Source: Bacteroidia bacterium (GTDB taxonomy: Bacteria; Bacteroidota; Bacteroidia; Cytophagales; Cyclobacteriaceae). From it: a DNA stretch of 64,000 bases. Within the stretch, counting starts at the first letter, position 1, and the number at the start of each line of letters is the position of its first letter. The stretch spans positions 722-64,721 of the forward strand of contig JAUIAO010000027.1 in the NCBI GenBank assembly GCA_030425425.1. The letters run 5' to 3'. The notes beneath the pieces are model-generated. The model was not told the origin of the DNA. It did not search any database and saw only the letters and a program-made list of their open reading frames with translations. Below are positions 36,299-45,937 of this stretch, in pieces. A program made the translations under genes and the position numbers.

Positions 36299-37174
36299 AT
36301 GAGCGTTTTAGTTAATAAAGATTCCAAAATCATCGTACAAGGCTTCACTGGTTCGGAAGGCACATTCCATGCTGGTCAGATGATAGAATACGGAACACCC
36401 GTAGTAGGTGGTGTAACTCCGGGAAAAGGTGGACAAACTCACCTGGATAAGCCAGTTTTTAACACTGTAAAAGAAGCCGTAGATGCAACAGGAGCTGATA
36501 CGTCTATCATTTTCGTGCCACCAGCATTTGCTGCTGATGCGATTATGGAAGCTGCTGATGCAGGTATAAAAGTGATCATTACTATCACGGAAGGTATTCC
36601 AGTAAAAGATATGATGAAAGCTAAACCATACGCAAAGGCCCGAGGTGCTAAGCTTGTAGGTCCAAACTGCCCAGGAGTAATCACTCCGGGAGAAGCAAAA
36701 GTGGGTATCATGCCTGGTTTCGTTTTCAAAAAAGGAAATGTAGGGATTGTATCTAAGTCAGGAACACTTACTTATGAAGCTGCTGATCAGGTAGTAAAAG
36801 CAGGGTTAGGTATCACTACTGCTATTGGTATCGGTGGTGATCCTATCATCGGAACCTCTACGAAGGAAGCTGTTCAGATGTTGATGAACGATCCGGATAC
36901 AGAAGGTATTGTGATGATAGGTGAGATTGGTGGAAATTATGAGGCCGAAGCAGCAAGGTGGATTAAAGAAGATGGAAATAGAAAACCCGTAGTAGGCTTT
37001 ATTGCTGGCCAAACAGCACCTCCGGGAAGAAGAATGGGGCACGCAGGTGCAATCATTGGAGGTAAAGATGATACTGCAGAGGCTAAAATGAGAATCATGG
37101 AAGAGAATGGCGTACACGTAGTAAATTCTCCTGCAGATATTGGTGCAGTAATGAAAGAAGCATTGGGAAAATAA
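36299..37174 (+). CDS. sucD: Succinate-CoA ligase alpha subunit
   Basis: [44 protein letters not shown]. Confidence 0.98.
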   Translation: MSVLVNKDSKIIVQGFTGSEGTFHAGQMIEYGTPVVGGVTPGKGGQTHLDKPVFNTVKEAVDATGADTSIIFVPPAFAADAIMEAADAGIKVIITITEGIPVKDMMKAKPYAKARGAKLVGPNCPGVITPGEAKVGIMPGFVFKKGNVGIVSKSGTLTYEAADQVVKAGLGITTAIGIGGDPIIGTSTKEAVQMLMNDPDTEGIVMIGEIGGNYEAEAARWIKEDGNRKPVVGFIAGQTAPPGRRMGHAGAIIGGKDDTAEAKMRIMEENGVHVVNSPADIGAVMKEALGK

Positions 37175-37196
37175 CCTAAGGGTTCTTAGAAAATAT

Positions 37197-37230
37197 GAAA
37201 AGCTGCTCTTGAGGGCAGCTTTTATTTTTT
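37197..37230 (+). terminator. Intrinsic terminator
   Basis: AAAAGCTGCTC-ttga-GGGCAGCTTTT followed by ATTTTTT. Confidence 0.75.
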
Positions 37231-37690
37231 GTGCTCAATTATAGCAGTTTGCTACGCGCCCATTGCTTCATCTTTGTGTTTAGATAATCAATCCTGAGAT
37301 TATGGATTATCCTTAGCATAGGTGCTATACATCTGAGCACAAGGAAAGCTCGGCGCTATCGAATTGATTTTCTTAAGAGCGAAATATGCTATTTGGCAGA
37401 AAGTATATTGAACACTTTAGTGCCAAGCGAACCTTTGATATTGCTAATAGAGTTTTCTGAGCAACCGAGTTGTGCGAAAAGAAATGTTAGTAAAATTACT
37501 TTAGTGATTAGTTTAGCTGCTTTTATTTTCATGGCGTTTCTTTGTTGGGTAGCACAAAGTTTAATCACAAAATCCTAAACACCCTACATTTTCGCAATTA
37601 TTTCACTCTTTTGATTAAAAAATACCACAAATAGGGTAGAAAATTTATGAGATTCAAAAGCAATTATGTCTATTAAGACGGTATAAGAAG

Positions 37691-38176
37691 ATGAAATACA
37701 AGGAGGATTTGAAAATTGCGGAAAGCAAGAAAAAAGATTTTCAGAGTGTGCTTAAGAAACTTAGGCGAACAAAGCCGAAAGATTTGGATGATCATTTTCA
37801 TGAATTACACGATCAGACATTCTTAGACATTGATTGTCTTCAATGTGCCAATTGTTGCTCCACCACTTCCCCAATTTTTCTACAGTCTGATATAGAGCGG
37901 TTGTCCAAATTGCTAAAAATGAAAGTCCCGGTTTTTATTCAGACTTATTTGAAAATAGATGATGAAGGTGATTATGTCTTGCAGGAGTCTCCCTGTGCCT
38001 TTTTGGGTGCAGATAATAAGTGCATCGTTTACGAAAGCCGACCAAAAGCCTGTAGGGAATACCCACACACCAATAGGAAAAGGATGTATCAGATTACAAG
38101 CTTGACATATAAAAATGCTCTCATGTGCCCGGCTGTAAGTAGGATTATGGTGGAAATTCATAAAATCTACACTTGA
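37691..38176 (+). CDS. YkgJ-family cysteine cluster protein
   Basis: DCLQCANCC, PCAFL..DNKC.VYESRP.ACREYP, CPAV. Confidence 0.9.
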   Translation: MKYKEDLKIAESKKKDFQSVLKKLRRTKPKDLDDHFHELHDQTFLDIDCLQCANCCSTTSPIFLQSDIERLSKLLKMKVPVFIQTYLKIDDEGDYVLQESPCAFLGADNKCIVYESRPKACREYPHTNRKRMYQITSLTYKNALMCPAVSRIMVEIHKIYT

Positions 38177-38244
38177 GCCGCATTTTTTCACCAAAAACCA
38201 TTGCGCGTATTGTAAAACTCCAAAGAATTAACTAATATCAAGTT

Positions 38245-39039
38245 GTGAACCGCCGAAAAACTATTTCAATATTGGGGTGTGGCTGGCTAGGTCTACCTCT
38301 TGCCTCTGATTTGGTCAAAAACGACTATCGCGTAAAAGGGAGCACTACGCACATTGCGAAGCTTTCCACAATTAGATCGCTGGGAATTCAACCATTTTTG
38401 GTCAATCTAGATCCTGAGTACAAAGGTGAAGGACACTTTATGGACAGTGAAATTCTGCTCATTAACCTGCCTCCCAGAAACCGATCCGAGGATCCTGACT
38501 ACCACGAGAAGCAACTTAGAAATTTACTCAGGCAAGTAAGTAAATCTCCGATAGATAAAGTTGTTTTCATAAGTTCTACCTCCGTATATCCAAACAACGG
38601 AAAAGAAGTATCAGAAGGTGATGCAAGTATGAATGCCACTAGCAGAGCAGGGATCTCTCTGTTGGCTATGGAGGAAATATTCAGAAGTGATTCGAACCTG
38701 AAATCTACCATTATCCGTTTTGGAGGTCTCTACGGCCCAGACAGAAATCCTGCCAGATTTTTTTCAGGAACCAACGAAATTCCCGGAGGAGAAAACCCAG
38801 TAAACATGATCCATCTAGACGATGCTATAGGTGTAATCAAGGAGGTTATCGAAAATGATTATTGGAATTACACCTTCAACGCTTGTTCCCCAAAACATCC
38901 TTCGAAAATTACTTTTTACAACCAGGCGGCAATAGATTCCGGACTCAATCCTCCGCGCTTTGTCATGAATACTACTCCTCACAAAATTGTATCTTCAGAT
39001 TTTTTAATTGAAACTACTGGTTATCATTTTTCGCACTAA
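38245..39039 (+). CDS. NAD-dependent epimerase/SDR (YeeZ-like)
   Basis: ILGCGWLG.PLA, G.STT, FISSTSVY, RFGGLYGP.R, NMIHLDD. Confidence 0.88.
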   Translation: MNRRKTISILGCGWLGLPLASDLVKNDYRVKGSTTHIAKLSTIRSLGIQPFLVNLDPEYKGEGHFMDSEILLINLPPRNRSEDPDYHEKQLRNLLRQVSKSPIDKVVFISSTSVYPNNGKEVSEGDASMNATSRAGISLLAMEEIFRSDSNLKSTIIRFGGLYGPDRNPARFFSGTNEIPGGENPVNMIHLDDAIGVIKEVIENDYWNYTFNACSPKHPSKITFYNQAAIDSGLNPPRFVMNTTPHKIVSSDFLIETTGYHFSH

Positions 39040-39249
39040 AAGAGATGGCAAGATCTTGGTTTTGACTTATTCCCATTTATTATTTGGTGTAAAGCCACCT
39101 AATCAAGATAAAACCTAAATATTCTGGACATGTTAAGAATATTTTTAATAAAGTAAAAGATTGCTGATATAATTTGCAATTATTCTTCGGTTTCGGCGTG
39201 TAGTTGATAATACTTACCTTCGCACTCGTTTTTGGTAAAGGACAATACT

Positions 39250-39720
39250 ATGGAGAAATATATTGGGATCATCAGCATCGTCATTTTTACAGTTCAATCA
39301 TCCTTTGGGCAAATCGCTATGTCAGTAGATGCTGCGGAAAGCCAGGGCATTTCATTGAATAATTTAGAGTCCAGTTATGCGGATGGAGTACATAGCAATC
39401 CAGACTCTGCTGTGTTTGCAGATGTGCAGAATGAGTATATCAAGGCATACTACGATATGATCCAAGAGATCAATACCTATTTGAATACCAATAATTTTAA
39501 GTGGGGTGGTTTGATCCGCTGTACCAACAATATTTATTTCAATGAAGAAGGACGTGTGGATTATTTCATTTATGAATTTGAAGAAGGTGAGCTACAGGAT
39601 GAAAGATTGGAGGAATTTGATCAACTTCTAAATGAATTTATCGCCGACTATCAGTTTCCAATGACTAAGAGTCAAAAATTCAGTCAATGTAGTCCGGTTA
39701 ATTTTAGGGATGTTCTTTAA
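39250..39720 (+). CDS. Secreted hypothetical protein
   Basis: Signal peptide ending SFG-Q; no family confidently recognised. Confidence 0.65.
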   Translation: MEKYIGIISIVIFTVQSSFGQIAMSVDAAESQGISLNNLESSYADGVHSNPDSAVFADVQNEYIKAYYDMIQEINTYLNTNNFKWGGLIRCTNNIYFNEEGRVDYFIYEFEEGELQDERLEEFDQLLNEFIADYQFPMTKSQKFSQCSPVNFRDVL

Positions 39721-39901
39721 AGAAACTCCCTTAAAAGGGACTTCACATAAAATTCACCTTTTGAAAGAATTTCAATATTGGAGTTGAATTTTACTTTTCT
39801 CATAAATTTTCTCATTATTAATTAGATATATGGCAACATTTATGTAATTTGATTGAATATATAATATCTAAATATTCAATTATTTTAAATATTGTCAAAA
39901 A

Positions 39902-41854
39902 TTGAAGTCTTTTAATGTCAATTCTATAATTGATCCGGCTATTCTGGAACTCGGATCAGAAATTCGTTTAAAAAACGGTGAAATTCTGTCCCAACAATTC
40001 GGAAGAGCAAATGACTTTTATCTTTTAAAATCCGGCAAGGTAAAATTCTATCTTTCTCTTAGTGATGAAGATCAGGAATTTGAGGTCGGAGAAAGTGGTC
40101 AAAAGTTAACCCCAGTGGGGTGGAGTGGATTCAATCCACCAGGAAGATACGCTACCACAGTCAAGGTATATTCTCATCATGCGATTTTCTATAAGTGGGA
40201 TCATCAGGTGCTCAAAGAGTATTTTGATGCGCATCATGACGCAGCGATGAACTTTCTACGGGAAATGAATGCGCGAGCTAGAGATCTCATCAAAATTGCA
40301 GTAGAAAAACTCTCTACCAGCGGCCCGTCCTTGATTCATGAAAGCATTCCAAAATCCGAAGAATTTAGGCTGTCAGAGCCACTACATCAGGAGGAGTTTG
40401 TACAATTTCTTGGCAAGTCAAGCTTTTTCGAAGTATTTGACGAGACACCTCTTGAGTTTTTAGGTCAGGGTATAGAACGAAGAGTTTATGCAGCTAATGC
40501 TGTCCTCTATCATCAAAATACTCCTGCAGACGGGATTTACATTCTGGATACAGGGAAGGTGAGATTTAGCTATCAGGGAGCAAATGAAACTACCGTAAGT
40601 TTCCGGCAAATAGATACACCAGGGTTTGTGCTTGGTTGGTCCAGCGCAGTAGGAAAACCAAATATCATTAACGCTCATGCGGTAAGGGAAACTACAGTCC
40701 ATTTTATTCCTCAAAAAACGCTTGACAGAGTATTTCGACTCAACCCTGATTTCGCACCCAAATATTTCAGAAGACTACTTTGGCTCATCAGCCATCAATT
40801 GCAGGCCATTCGTGCCCGAGTCATAGCTTCATCGCTGGATACCGAAGTGATTGCCATTAGTAACTTAATAGATCAAAACAGTGCCAGGCTGACTTTATCA
40901 TCCCCGCTCCATAAAATACCGCATCTGCTAGACAATAAACTTACTGTAGCGGATGCACTCAACACACTAGAAAATCTTCGTGAGAACGGAACCACCTTGG
41001 AAAAGACAGTGGCCCTCACAGCGCTGGATATTTTGGATGAGATAAAAAAAGAACAGGATTTTTATGCCGGGTTGGTCAATGTTTACAATGGTGTAGTCAA
41101 AGCTCCACCGGAACTAGGCCATAGTGAAGTGCGTAAAATATGTGCTCAGGAATATGAAAATGTATTTAGCAAAACGAATTATATCATCACAGGTAAGGAA
41201 AACTTACCTGATGAGCCTGGTAATATTTTCATTTATAATCATCTGAGAAATCATCCTTATAATACATTACCTAATCAATTTCAGATCACATTAGACTCAC
41301 ATTTCATCAGTGCTATGGTGCTGTTCCCAAAGTACGGAGATCCGGGGTTGAGGATTGTAAGAGTGGGACTGAGCAAGGAGTACGCTCATCAGGAGTATTA
41401 TCAAAGGCAAGGTCATATTGACGTTTTTACCCAGGATTCTGGAAAAATCACTAAAAAACGTAAGGAACAGGTTAGGCAAATGTTTTACAATACCTCCGGT
41501 GAATATTTGCAAAATGGGGGCAATCTCATCATCAGTCCGGAAGGCAACTCTTACAGTACAGACGAATCTCCGGGTCCATTTAAGGCTGGCGCATTCAGTC
41601 TGGCCCTTTCCATGAAAAAAGAACCATGGATCGTGCCGCTGGCTATGGCCAATTTTGAGAAACGAGTTAGAAATAATGTTTTCTCTTGTATAGTTTTGCC
41701 ACCCTTTAGAGCTTCAGATCATATTAAAAACCCAGAGAGCAAAGAGGAAATTAAGCGTTTCCTGGAATCATATCAGCAAGAATACCGTGGATATGTAGAT
41801 TTGGCCTTGAAGCAGGCAGAAAATGCTCCAAAAACAACATGGAAGAACCAATAA
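39902..41854 (+). CDS. Tandem cyclic-nucleotide-binding domains fused to a PlsC-like acyltransferase domain
   Basis: FYLL.SG.V...VGW and GIYIL.TG.V...LGW cNMP folds; C-terminal IFIYNH, ISPEG, GPFKAG, IVP acyltransferase blocks. Confidence 0.75.
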   Translation: MKSFNVNSIIDPAILELGSEIRLKNGEILSQQFGRANDFYLLKSGKVKFYLSLSDEDQEFEVGESGQKLTPVGWSGFNPPGRYATTVKVYSHHAIFYKWDHQVLKEYFDAHHDAAMNFLREMNARARDLIKIAVEKLSTSGPSLIHESIPKSEEFRLSEPLHQEEFVQFLGKSSFFEVFDETPLEFLGQGIERRVYAANAVLYHQNTPADGIYILDTGKVRFSYQGANETTVSFRQIDTPGFVLGWSSAVGKPNIINAHAVRETTVHFIPQKTLDRVFRLNPDFAPKYFRRLLWLISHQLQAIRARVIASSLDTEVIAISNLIDQNSARLTLSSPLHKIPHLLDNKLTVADALNTLENLRENGTTLEKTVALTALDILDEIKKEQDFYAGLVNVYNGVVKAPPELGHSEVRKICAQEYENVFSKTNYIITGKENLPDEPGNIFIYNHLRNHPYNTLPNQFQITLDSHFISAMVLFPKYGDPGLRIVRVGLSKEYAHQEYYQRQGHIDVFTQDSGKITKKRKEQVRQMFYNTSGEYLQNGGNLIISPEGNSYSTDESPGPFKAGAFSLALSMKKEPWIVPLAMANFEKRVRNNVFSCIVLPPFRASDHIKNPESKEEIKRFLESYQQEYRGYVDLALKQAENAPKTTWKNQ

Positions 41855-42447
41855 TGAATTTTGAGTTCGAAGAAGAAATAGAGCTATTAGAGCGAAAAAT
41901 TATCGACCTTCCTAATAAAGACGACCTGGTGGTGTTTTATGGAAGTTCGTCCATACGTCTGTGGGAAAACATAGAGAACGATTTGGAACCTTTTAATGTA
42001 CTCAATCTTGGTTTTGGTGGCTCTTCATTTTCCTGGTGTATCTATTACTTTGATCGTTTGTTTTCTAAAATCAAACCCAAACATCTGGTGATCTATGTCG
42101 GTGACAATGATCTGGCCAATGGCATCCCTCCAGAGAAAGTATTGAAGAAGTTCAGAGTGCTTGTAAATCTGGTTAGAGTGAATTTCCCGCATATTCCTCT
42201 AGATTTCATTTCGATCAAGCCTAGCCCAATTCGAACTTATTTGCAGCCAGAAATCAGACTTACCAATAATCTCATTAGAAAAGAACTAAGTACAATCAAT
42301 AAGGCCAGTTTGATTAATATCTATGATTCGATGCTTGACGAGAAAAACGAGGCAAGGCCGGAACTATTCACCGAAGATCAGCTGCACATGAACCACAAAG
42401 GATATATTATCTGGAAGGGCGTGGTGAGAAAGCATTTTGGTATTTAG
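41854..42447 (+). CDS. SGNH/GDSL hydrolase
   Basis: FYGSSSI, GFGGS, YVGDND, D.LH blocks; TAATG stop/start overlap with the upstream gene. Confidence 0.9.
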   Translation: MNFEFEEEIELLERKIIDLPNKDDLVVFYGSSSIRLWENIENDLEPFNVLNLGFGGSSFSWCIYYFDRLFSKIKPKHLVIYVGDNDLANGIPPEKVLKKFRVLVNLVRVNFPHIPLDFISIKPSPIRTYLQPEIRLTNNLIRKELSTINKASLINIYDSMLDEKNEARPELFTEDQLHMNHKGYIIWKGVVRKHFGI

Positions 42448-42627
42448 CAGAGTCAACTTATCTTCATCAGTTGAAATGAACACAAATATTCTACATTGCA
42501 TTTGTGCCAAATTAAGGAGGCCAGGCGATAGATAAATATGTAATGTTAATTCTCTGGGCTGGCACAGCACAGCGGCGGATCAATTTTACCTGAGAACCAT
42601 TGACGTAAAACGACTTACAAAATACAC

Positions 42628-43260
42628 ATGAAAAATATTTGGATATTATTCGCTCTGTTTTTGACTATTGGCTGTAGCCAGAAGTCCTTCAAAACGAAGT
42701 GGACAGAAGAAAAAGCACCTGAGACCTTTAAAGCGCGTTTCGAAACTACAAAAGGCAATTTTGATATCTATGCCGAGCGGGAATGGTCACCAGCTGGTGT
42801 AGACCGATTATATCAGCTGATCAAGCGTGAATTTTATACGGATATAGCCTTATATCGGGTGGTTCCAAACTTTGTTGTTCAATTCGGTATCAACAATGAT
42901 AGCTTGCTTAATAAACAATGGGAAAATGTGATCATTCCTGATGAAGAGGTGAAGAAGAAGAACCTGAAAGGCACCATTTCATTTGCCCGGGCAGGAAAAG
43001 AAACGAGATCCACGCAGCTTTTCATTAACCTCAAAAGCAATAGCCCATATTTAGATGAAATAAGCGGCGGTGGTGTAACGGGCTTTCCTGTTGTGGCCGA
43101 AGTGACCGATGGAATGGATGTGGTCATGGAGTTTTATGATCAATATGGCAATGAACCAGCCACCAAACAAGGTCAGATCTATGCCAAAGGCAATGAGTAT
43201 CTGAGAGAAGAATATCCGGAGCTTGATTACATCGTCAAGGCTTATCTGCTGAAGGATTAG
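42628..43260 (+). CDS. Cyclophilin-type peptidyl-prolyl isomerase, lipoprotein
   Basis: Lipobox TIGC; FETTKG.F, RVVPNFVVQFG, GTISFARAG, TQLFINL. Confidence 0.9.
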   Translation: MKNIWILFALFLTIGCSQKSFKTKWTEEKAPETFKARFETTKGNFDIYAEREWSPAGVDRLYQLIKREFYTDIALYRVVPNFVVQFGINNDSLLNKQWENVIIPDEEVKKKNLKGTISFARAGKETRSTQLFINLKSNSPYLDEISGGGVTGFPVVAEVTDGMDVVMEFYDQYGNEPATKQGQIYAKGNEYLREEYPELDYIVKAYLLKD

Positions 43261-43723
43261 AAGTATTGGTTGTTGTCTGATGCCCAATGCCGGGTGTTTG
43301 TGATTGGTAGAAACGATAATTCCTAACTCCTCTTATTAAGGCTTTAATTGAAACAATTGTAAACCCCAGCATGAATCCAACGGGAATCAAGTCATCAAAG
43401 GTGAGGTTCTTGATAGAATCTACTTTTAGTGCAAAATCCTTGATTACAACAATGGTATATGTTAAAATAATCACGGAAAGCACAAATGTCATGAAATTCT
43501 CTTTCAATGAGCTTTTATCAGCAACACCATTTTCATCAACCAAATACGTGAATTCACAATTTTCGCATTTATTGATCCCTTTTTCTTTGATTGGGGTAGC
43601 ATAGTAACAATTAGGACACTTCGTTTTGTCATTTTTTGGATAAAACCGTCCAGTTGAGATGGTAAATCTTACTAGAAAAACAAGCCCAAATAATATTACG
43701 AACCAGACAATAATTAAAATCAT
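43235..43723 (-). CDS. Hypothetical membrane protein with zinc ribbon
   Basis: TM-CPNC..CENC-TM-TM. Confidence 0.55.
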   Translation of the reverse strand: MILIIVWFVILFGLVFLVRFTISTGRFYPKNDKTKCPNCYYATPIKEKGINKCENCEFTYLVDENGVADKSSLKENFMTFVLSVIILTYTIVVIKDFALKVDSIKNLTFDDLIPVGFMLGFTIVSIKALIRGVRNYRFYQSQTPGIGHQTTTNTSNPSADKP

Positions 43724-43733
43724 ACATTAAAAA

Positions 43734-43985
43734 TCACCTCATCACATCCTTTACTTTCATTACTAAGATAATGGTAGCGAGTATTACTGTAATGATATTG
43801 GCAAAGATCATGGGTAAGTCATGTAGCATAATTCCATAAACAAGCCACAGAGACACACCAAATACAAAAATGCTGTACATTCCTAATGAAATGCCTCTGG
43901 TATCCCTGGTGCGAATGGTACGAACAACCTGAGGTATAAACGAAATGGTAGTACAAAATGCTGCGATGAATCCAATGTATTGCAT
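43734..43985 (-). CDS. SemiSWEET (PQ-loop) sugar transporter
   Basis: AAFCTTISFIPQV, T.GISL.MY, WLVYG, AN..T; ATG 43985. Confidence 0.93.
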   Translation of the reverse strand: MQYIGFIAAFCTTISFIPQVVRTIRTRDTRGISLGMYSIFVFGVSLWLVYGIMLHDLPMIFANIITVILATIILVMKVKDVMR

Positions 43986-44020
43986 GATGCAAAATAAGGG
44001 TAGAATTTTTACAGAATCAC

Positions 44021-44050
44021 AAAAAAAACCACTCACTAAAAAGTGAGTGG
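44021..44050 (-). terminator. Intrinsic terminator of the M28 gene
   Basis: CCACTCACT-loop-AGTGAGTGG with A8 on the plus strand. Confidence 0.8.
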
Positions 44051-44084
44051 CCATCAGTCTAATCAATCGGATTAATGATGACGA

Positions 44085-45560
44085 TTACTCGCCATAAAGA
44101 TTTTTACCAGCTTCTTCATACTTATCTCCTGCTACCCATGTGATGGACCCATCGTAATTTCCGATGAGCGTAAGTGCATAGGTAAATGCCTTGGTGTATT
44201 TGGTCAGGTATTCATAATCGAGCGTATGTGGCTCGTCTCCTGGCTGGTGGTAATACTTTCTGATTTCTTCATCCATAGAGGTGAATCCAGGTCCATATGA
44301 TACGCCAGGCACACCTTTCGAAGCGAAACTCACATTGTCAGATCTGTCAAACAGATTTTGATCTGGCACAGGATCATCTATCGCTTCCATACCGAAAGCT
44401 TCAACTGATTGTACCAATAAATCATTGACTGAAGTCCTTCCGTATCCGATGATGGTTATCTTCTCTGTGTCATTGTATCCGCCATTGTCAGTGTTGAGGT
44501 TATACACTGTTTGATTTAGGGGAATGATCGGATGATCTGCATACCAGCGGCTGCCCAAGAGGCCTTTTTCTTCGGCATTGCACGCCATGAAAATGACAGA
44601 TCTTTTGAGCGGATGCTTGGCAATATATTCTCCAGTTGTGAGCATATTAGCTACACCTATGCCATTGTCTCGTGCCCCGTTGAATATGGAATCATCAGGA
44701 TCGTTTCCTACACCAAGATGATCAAAATGCGAACTAATCAATATATACTCGTTTTTCAGATTGGGATCAGTTCCTTCTACCATCCCGAGTACATTAGGCA
44801 CTTTGATTTCTAGATTATTTTTACCTGATATTTCTAATCTTCCTACCTGACCACCAGCTTGTTCAAAAAACGACAAAAGTGCTCCATCCTCGTCCTTGAG
44901 CCATGCAGAGGGAAATTCATTTTGTTTTTTAGCATTCCCTTTGTCCAGTTTATATTTCTCTCCGGAGAAGTAATAGATGATCATTTTCCACGGAAATCGA
45001 TTGGGCTTATACAATTCGATAAGACCTATTCCTCCGGCTTCTGCCACCAATTTTTGTTTTTGAATGGTAAAAGGAGTAATACGTTTATTGGCCTCACCAT
45101 TTCCAGTTTTGGCGATGACCAGCTTGCCTTCAATATCCAGTCCCTCCAGATCATCCTCCAGTCCGTATCCGGCATATATCACTTCCCCTTCAAATGTCCC
45201 GTTTGTAGAACTAAAAAAGACCAGATCGTCATCCAATTCAAAGCTTTGATCTCCGATAGTCAACTTTGCCTGTTGAGGGGAAACTTCCTTTATCAGCGAT
45301 ACCTGCTGATAGTAAGTGTCTATTTCCGGTAAGGATTTGATTCCATTGGATCGGTACTGCTCAGCAATGTACCTGGCAGCAATTTCATTTTCAATGGTCC
45401 CGGTATTTCTACCTCTCAGCTCATCAGAAGCTAAAAAATATAAATGTGATCTATAGGTGGTCAGTTTGATTTCCCGATCTATGTCTTTGATCACTTTTTT
45501 CTGTGCGAATCCCTGTATAACCAACAGGCCTAATAAAATAACTAAAATGAACTGTTTCAT
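44085..45560 (-). CDS. M28 family metallopeptidase with PA domain
   Basis: LASDELRGR, SSHFDHLG, NGARDNG.G, AEEKGLLGS, RSDN.SF, YHQP.D. Confidence 0.92.
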   Translation of the reverse strand: MKQFILVILLGLLVIQGFAQKKVIKDIDREIKLTTYRSHLYFLASDELRGRNTGTIENEIAARYIAEQYRSNGIKSLPEIDTYYQQVSLIKEVSPQQAKLTIGDQSFELDDDLVFFSSTNGTFEGEVIYAGYGLEDDLEGLDIEGKLVIAKTGNGEANKRITPFTIQKQKLVAEAGGIGLIELYKPNRFPWKMIIYYFSGEKYKLDKGNAKKQNEFPSAWLKDEDGALLSFFEQAGGQVGRLEISGKNNLEIKVPNVLGMVEGTDPNLKNEYILISSHFDHLGVGNDPDDSIFNGARDNGIGVANMLTTGEYIAKHPLKRSVIFMACNAEEKGLLGSRWYADHPIIPLNQTVYNLNTDNGGYNDTEKITIIGYGRTSVNDLLVQSVEAFGMEAIDDPVPDQNLFDRSDNVSFASKGVPGVSYGPGFTSMDEEIRKYYHQPGDEPHTLDYEYLTKYTKAFTYALTLIGNYDGSITWVAGDKYEEAGKNLYGE

Positions 45561-45875
45561 TCAGGTCAATATTTGATCGCAATGCTAACATCCGAAACGG
45601 GCACATAAAACAACCTTTTGTTTGATGGTAGGTATCTTGATGTGAATGGTGATTCTGAGTTGACCCCCTGATGAACCATTTATGTCCAACAACTCCATTT
45701 TTATTTTTTGGAAGATGTCCTATGAGTAGTTACGTTTTCCACTCCAGTGAATCTACAATGAGGTTTATTCCTCTATCCTTTGGGTCGAGAGACATGATGC
45801 TTAGGAAATACACTGCATCGACTACCATGATAGCTCTACCTCGTGGTAGTTGATTAGCCTATATCAAATGGCAAT

Positions 45876-45905
45876 AAAAAAGCTGCCCCGATCCGAGGCA
45901 GCTTT
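45876..45905 (-). terminator. Intrinsic terminator after secDF
   Basis: AAAGCTGCC-loop-GGCAGCTTT, with a plus-strand A tract to its left. Confidence 0.7.
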
Positions 45906-45937
45906 CATTGATAGCTTAAGAATTTAAACTTTCTGAA

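Noticed and set aside
45600-45870. Possible small gene or ncRNA between M28 and secDF (60-aa ORF; CTACCATGA/TCGTGGTAG stem)
   Set aside because: No recognisable protein or RNA motif, no clear promoter-terminator frame, and the fragments are interrupted by stops.
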